DNA of 57,610 bases, counting the filler, from Deltaproteobacteria bacterium (GTDB lineage: Bacteria; JAEEML01), in the NCBI GenBank assembly GCA_016283195.1. It is 3 parts of 3 records of this genome, joined end to end, with 100 filler letters (N's around TTAATTAATTAA, not from the genome) between each part and the next. Parts side by side here need not be neighbours in the genome. Positions count along the whole stretch, not along the records: positions 40,223 to 57,610 come from JAEEML010000140.1; 2 more parts are not named here. The stretch is one strand, 5' to 3'. Below are positions 55,089 to 57,610 of this stretch, in pieces. Made by a program: the position numbers and the translations under genes. Positions within the stretch are counted from its first letter, which is position 1; every line of letters starts with the position of its first letter. The notes below the pieces were generated by a model, which saw nothing but the letters and a program-made list of their open reading frames with translations, did not search any database and was not told where the DNA came from.

Positions 55089-56522
55089 ATGAGCGATTTT
55101 GTTTGCAAACGTTATAGTGCCGATGAAGCAAAGAGCCTTTTTGCCAGGCAAAAAGCGCGGCGCTGGCAAGTGGCGCAGCGCGGCGCCAAAGAGCGCGTGG
55201 CAGTGCTCAAAAAACTCCTAAATGTTATAAAAGAGGAGACTCCGGCTCTTTGCGCAGCCATAAATGCCGATTTTGGCAAACATCCGGACGAAAGCCGCCT
55301 CACCGAAGTTCTCGCCACTCAGGAAGAGTTACATTTTACCATAAAACATTTAGCACACTGGATGCGCCCTTTGCATGTGCCAACTCCGCTGGTGCTCTTT
55401 GGCAGCAAAAGCCATGTGCAATACGAGCCCAAGGGCAATGTGCTCATCTTTTCGCCTTGGAATTATCCTTTTAATTTGGCCATAAATCCCCTCATCGCCG
55501 CTGTTTCCGCCGGCAACTGCGTAATGTTGCGCCCCTCGGAAAAGAGCCAGGAAACAGCTAAAATCATTCAAAAAATAGTTTCCAAAGTCTTTTCGGAAGA
55601 TGAAGTGGCGGTGGTACTCGGTGACCGGGAAACAGCCGATGCCCTTTTGGAGCTACCCTTTGATCACTTCTTTTTCACCGGCAGCCCCAAAGTTGGACAA
55701 AAAGTGATGACGGCGGCGGCCAAGCATTTTGCCTCCGTCACTCTGGAGCTGGGCGGCAAGTCGCCAGTTATTGTGGATAAATCGGCTAATTTAGAGCAGG
55801 CGGCCAGGCGCCTCACCTGGGGGAAGTTTATCAATGCCGGGCAAACCTGCGTAGCACCGGATTATCTCTTATTGGACGAAGCGGCAGCCGATAAATTTTT
55901 GCCACTTTTAAAGCAGAATATTGCCCGCTCCTATGGCGAAAGCGCCGAAGATCAGCTCAAAAGCCCATCACTTGCCAGCTTAGTTAATGTAGCCAGCGGC
56001 GAGCGCCTTTATAAGTTAATAAATGATAGCGTAGCCGCCGGCGCCAGGATTTACTGCGGCGGCGAGTTCACCAGTGATAAGCGCCGCCTAGCGCCTACTA
56101 TTGTCAGCGGCATTAATCCCAATATGGCACTTATGAGCGAAGAGATCTTTGGGCCCATTCTGCCGGTTATTACTTATAAAGACATTTCCGAGGCTATTAA
56201 TATTATAGAGAGCCGCCCCAAGCCGCTGGCTTTATATCTCTTTGCCCATGACAAAAACGTGATTAAACGCATTTACAGCGAAACAACTTCCGGCGGCAGT
56301 TGCTTAAATAACGCCATTTTGCACCTTGTAAACAGCCACATGCCCTTTGGCGGCGTGGGCATGAGCGGCCTGGGCCACTACCATGGGGAATATGGCTTTA
56401 GAAATATGTCACACGAGCGCGCTATTCTTAGCCAGGGCTCTTTCAATGCCATTGATTTTATCGCCCCGCCCTACACCGAGAAAAAATCACGCCTCATTGA
56501 TTTCATGATGAAAATTTTCTAG
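55089..56522 (+). CDS. Aldehyde dehydrogenase (ALDH3 / fatty or coniferyl aldehyde class)
   Basis: PWNYP, FTGS, LELGGKSP, NAGQTCVAPDY, EEIFGP, PFGGVG.SG.G.YHG. Confidence 0.93.
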   Translation: MSDFVCKRYSADEAKSLFARQKARRWQVAQRGAKERVAVLKKLLNVIKEETPALCAAINADFGKHPDESRLTEVLATQEELHFTIKHLAHWMRPLHVPTPLVLFGSKSHVQYEPKGNVLIFSPWNYPFNLAINPLIAAVSAGNCVMLRPSEKSQETAKIIQKIVSKVFSEDEVAVVLGDRETADALLELPFDHFFFTGSPKVGQKVMTAAAKHFASVTLELGGKSPVIVDKSANLEQAARRLTWGKFINAGQTCVAPDYLLLDEAAADKFLPLLKQNIARSYGESAEDQLKSPSLASLVNVASGERLYKLINDSVAAGARIYCGGEFTSDKRRLAPTIVSGINPNMALMSEEIFGPILPVITYKDISEAINIIESRPKPLALYLFAHDKNVIKRIYSETTSGGSCLNNAILHLVNSHMPFGGVGMSGLGHYHGEYGFRNMSHERAILSQGSFNAIDFIAPPYTEKKSRLIDFMMKIF

Positions 56523-56536
56523 GACGTGCCTTTTTT

Positions 56537-56602
56537 TGACACAATCTGACACAAAGTGACATTTTTTGTCACCCAAAGCACAAATTTGTCATAGTTTGTC
56601 AC
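56537..56602. promoter_or_regulatory. 10-bp-phased TGACA/TGTCA array, candidate PilR-type upstream activating sequence
   Basis: TGACA at 56537, 56547, 56557; TGTCA at 56567, 56587, 56597; central palindrome GTGACA-N5-TGTCAC (56556-56572). Confidence 0.7.
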
Positions 56603-56680
56603 GCAACAACCGGCACCCTCTCCGGCTCAGAGCTCCCACCCATAAACCATCTTTGCCCTAACCCCATCTCTGACCTCAGC

Positions 56681-56906
56681 CCTCACCCCCTAACCCCCTC
56701 TCCATTTTTTTGACCTCACCCCCTAACCCCCTCTCCATTTTTACAAATAGAGAGGGAAAACTTGTTGAAAACATATGGATATCTTACAAACTTCTTACCC
56801 TCTCCATCGTCCAGATGGAGAGGGTGGCGCGGCAGCGCCGGGTGAGGTGCGGCGGGGTGAGGGAAGTAAAAAATGGAGAGGGTGGGCGCAGCAGGCGACC
56901 GTGTGA
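56681..56906. repeat. BoxC-like intergenic repeat cluster (CCTCACCCC...CCCTCTCCA / TGGAGAGGG...GGGTGAGG)
   Basis: 29-bp direct repeat at 56681-56709 and 56714-56742; perfect 12-bp hairpin ACCCTCTCCATC-N5-GATGGAGAGGGT at 56797-56825; inverted copies to the right. Confidence 0.7.
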
Positions 56907-56961
56907 AGTGCAGCGGGAGAGGTCCAAGAGTTTAGCCGCAAAATGGGCCCAAAATTTGTCT

Positions 56962-56977
56962 TGGCACAGTTCTTGCA
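56962..56977 (+). promoter_or_regulatory. sigma54 -24/-12 promoter of pilA
   Basis: TGGCAC-AGTTC-TTGCA, 59 nt upstream of the pilin ATG. Confidence 0.9.
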
Positions 56978-57035
56978 TTATAAAAGGCCGTGCTACACCG
57001 GCGGCGCCTTAACAGCCGCGAAAAAGGAGATTAGC

Positions 57036-57566
57036 ATGAAGAAGTTAGCAAAAGGTTTTACTCTCGTCGAACTCATGATCGTTGTCGCCATCATCGGTAT
57101 TCTTTCCGCCGTGGCTATCCCCAACTTCATGCGGTTCCAAGCCAAGTCCCGCCAATCTGAAGCCAAAACCAACTTGAAGGGCTTCCACACCTCTATGGTG
57201 AGCTACTTTGCCGAGAAGAACAAATATCCGACAGCCGATGCCGCCGGTCTCAAAGCGGTTGGTTTCAAGACCGAGGGCAACAACATCTATAGCTACAGCC
57301 TGCTTGGTGCTAATGATGTTCCCGATGCTAATGGTGCCAAACCCGCTTGTAGCGGCGGCGCTGCTATGACTGCTGCTAATAGCACAAATGGTACCTTCGT
57401 CTCTATCGGTTGCGGCAATGTTGACAATGATGACTTCATCGATGGTTGGTCCATTAACTCTCACGGCTGCCTCGCCAATGGTCTTTTGGCTGTTGATGAC
57501 CTCGGTTCAAAATGTGTAACAGCTGTTGATACCGAATCTTCTAATGATGTCACCAACGATGCATAA
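57036..57566 (+). CDS. pilA: Type IVa major pilin
   Basis: Start 57036 after AAGGAG; class III signal MKKLAKG|FTLVELMIVVAIIGILSAVAIPNF, SRQSEAK.NL; four Cys in the head domain. Confidence 0.93.
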   Translation: MKKLAKGFTLVELMIVVAIIGILSAVAIPNFMRFQAKSRQSEAKTNLKGFHTSMVSYFAEKNKYPTADAAGLKAVGFKTEGNNIYSYSLLGANDVPDANGAKPACSGGAAMTAANSTNGTFVSIGCGNVDNDDFIDGWSINSHGCLANGLLAVDDLGSKCVTAVDTESSNDVTNDA

Positions 57567-57586
57567 TCCTAGTATCTAATGGATAC

Positions 57587-57610
57587 AAAAAAGGGGGGGC
57601 TTAGGCCCCC
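57587..57610 (+). terminator. Probable Rho-independent terminator after pilA (cut by window end)
   Basis: AAAAAA-GGGGGGGC-TTAG-GCCCCC hairpin. Confidence 0.65.

Noticed and set aside
55089-56522. Aldehyde dehydrogenase as a tailoring enzyme of the PKS
   Set aside because: Opposite strand, three genes away, and the PKS has no reductive release domain; nothing in the sequence links them.
56943-57035. Extended pilin N-terminus from ATG 56943
   Set aside because: It would span the sigma54 promoter; the RBS and the short class III leader support ATG 57036.

Overview
Three bacterial contigs (1-19226, 19327-40122, 40223-57610) are joined by artificial 100-nt N spacers containing TTAATTAATTAA, so adjacency across the gaps is not evidence of linkage. 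The gene content suggests a Myxococcota/deltaproteobacterial genome (inference): type IVa pilin with a sigma54 promoter, Ser/Thr kinase, FHA and HEAT proteins, many lipoproteins, a SycD/LcrH chaperone and a CcsA-type cytochrome c maturation protein. Housekeeping genes are ftsH, recR, helD-like, recD2, trkA, dcp, rfbB, namZ-like, nadD, gcvH, comF, comEA and four tRNAs. Accessory blocks are a PIN toxin-antitoxin pair, a metal-transport operon with a palindromic operator, and hsdR. Four things stand out. (1) A 2567-aa type I PKS has the layout KS-KS-AT-ACP-ACP-KR-DH with both KS catalytic triads intact, is coupled to a tandem hot-dog thioesterase, and has no enoyl reductase nearby. (2) A ~1900-aa protein with three long repeats and no signal peptide sits behind a perfect sigma28 promoter; it is a candidate type III export substrate, and an orphan SycD/LcrH chaperone lies on another contig. 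(3) Two perfect sigma54 promoters (small ORF + comEA, and pilA) each lie downstream of a helically phased TGTCA/TGACA array, suggesting a shared PilR-like competence/pilus regulon. (4) A J-domain protein is fused to MshEN-like c-di-GMP-binding repeats.
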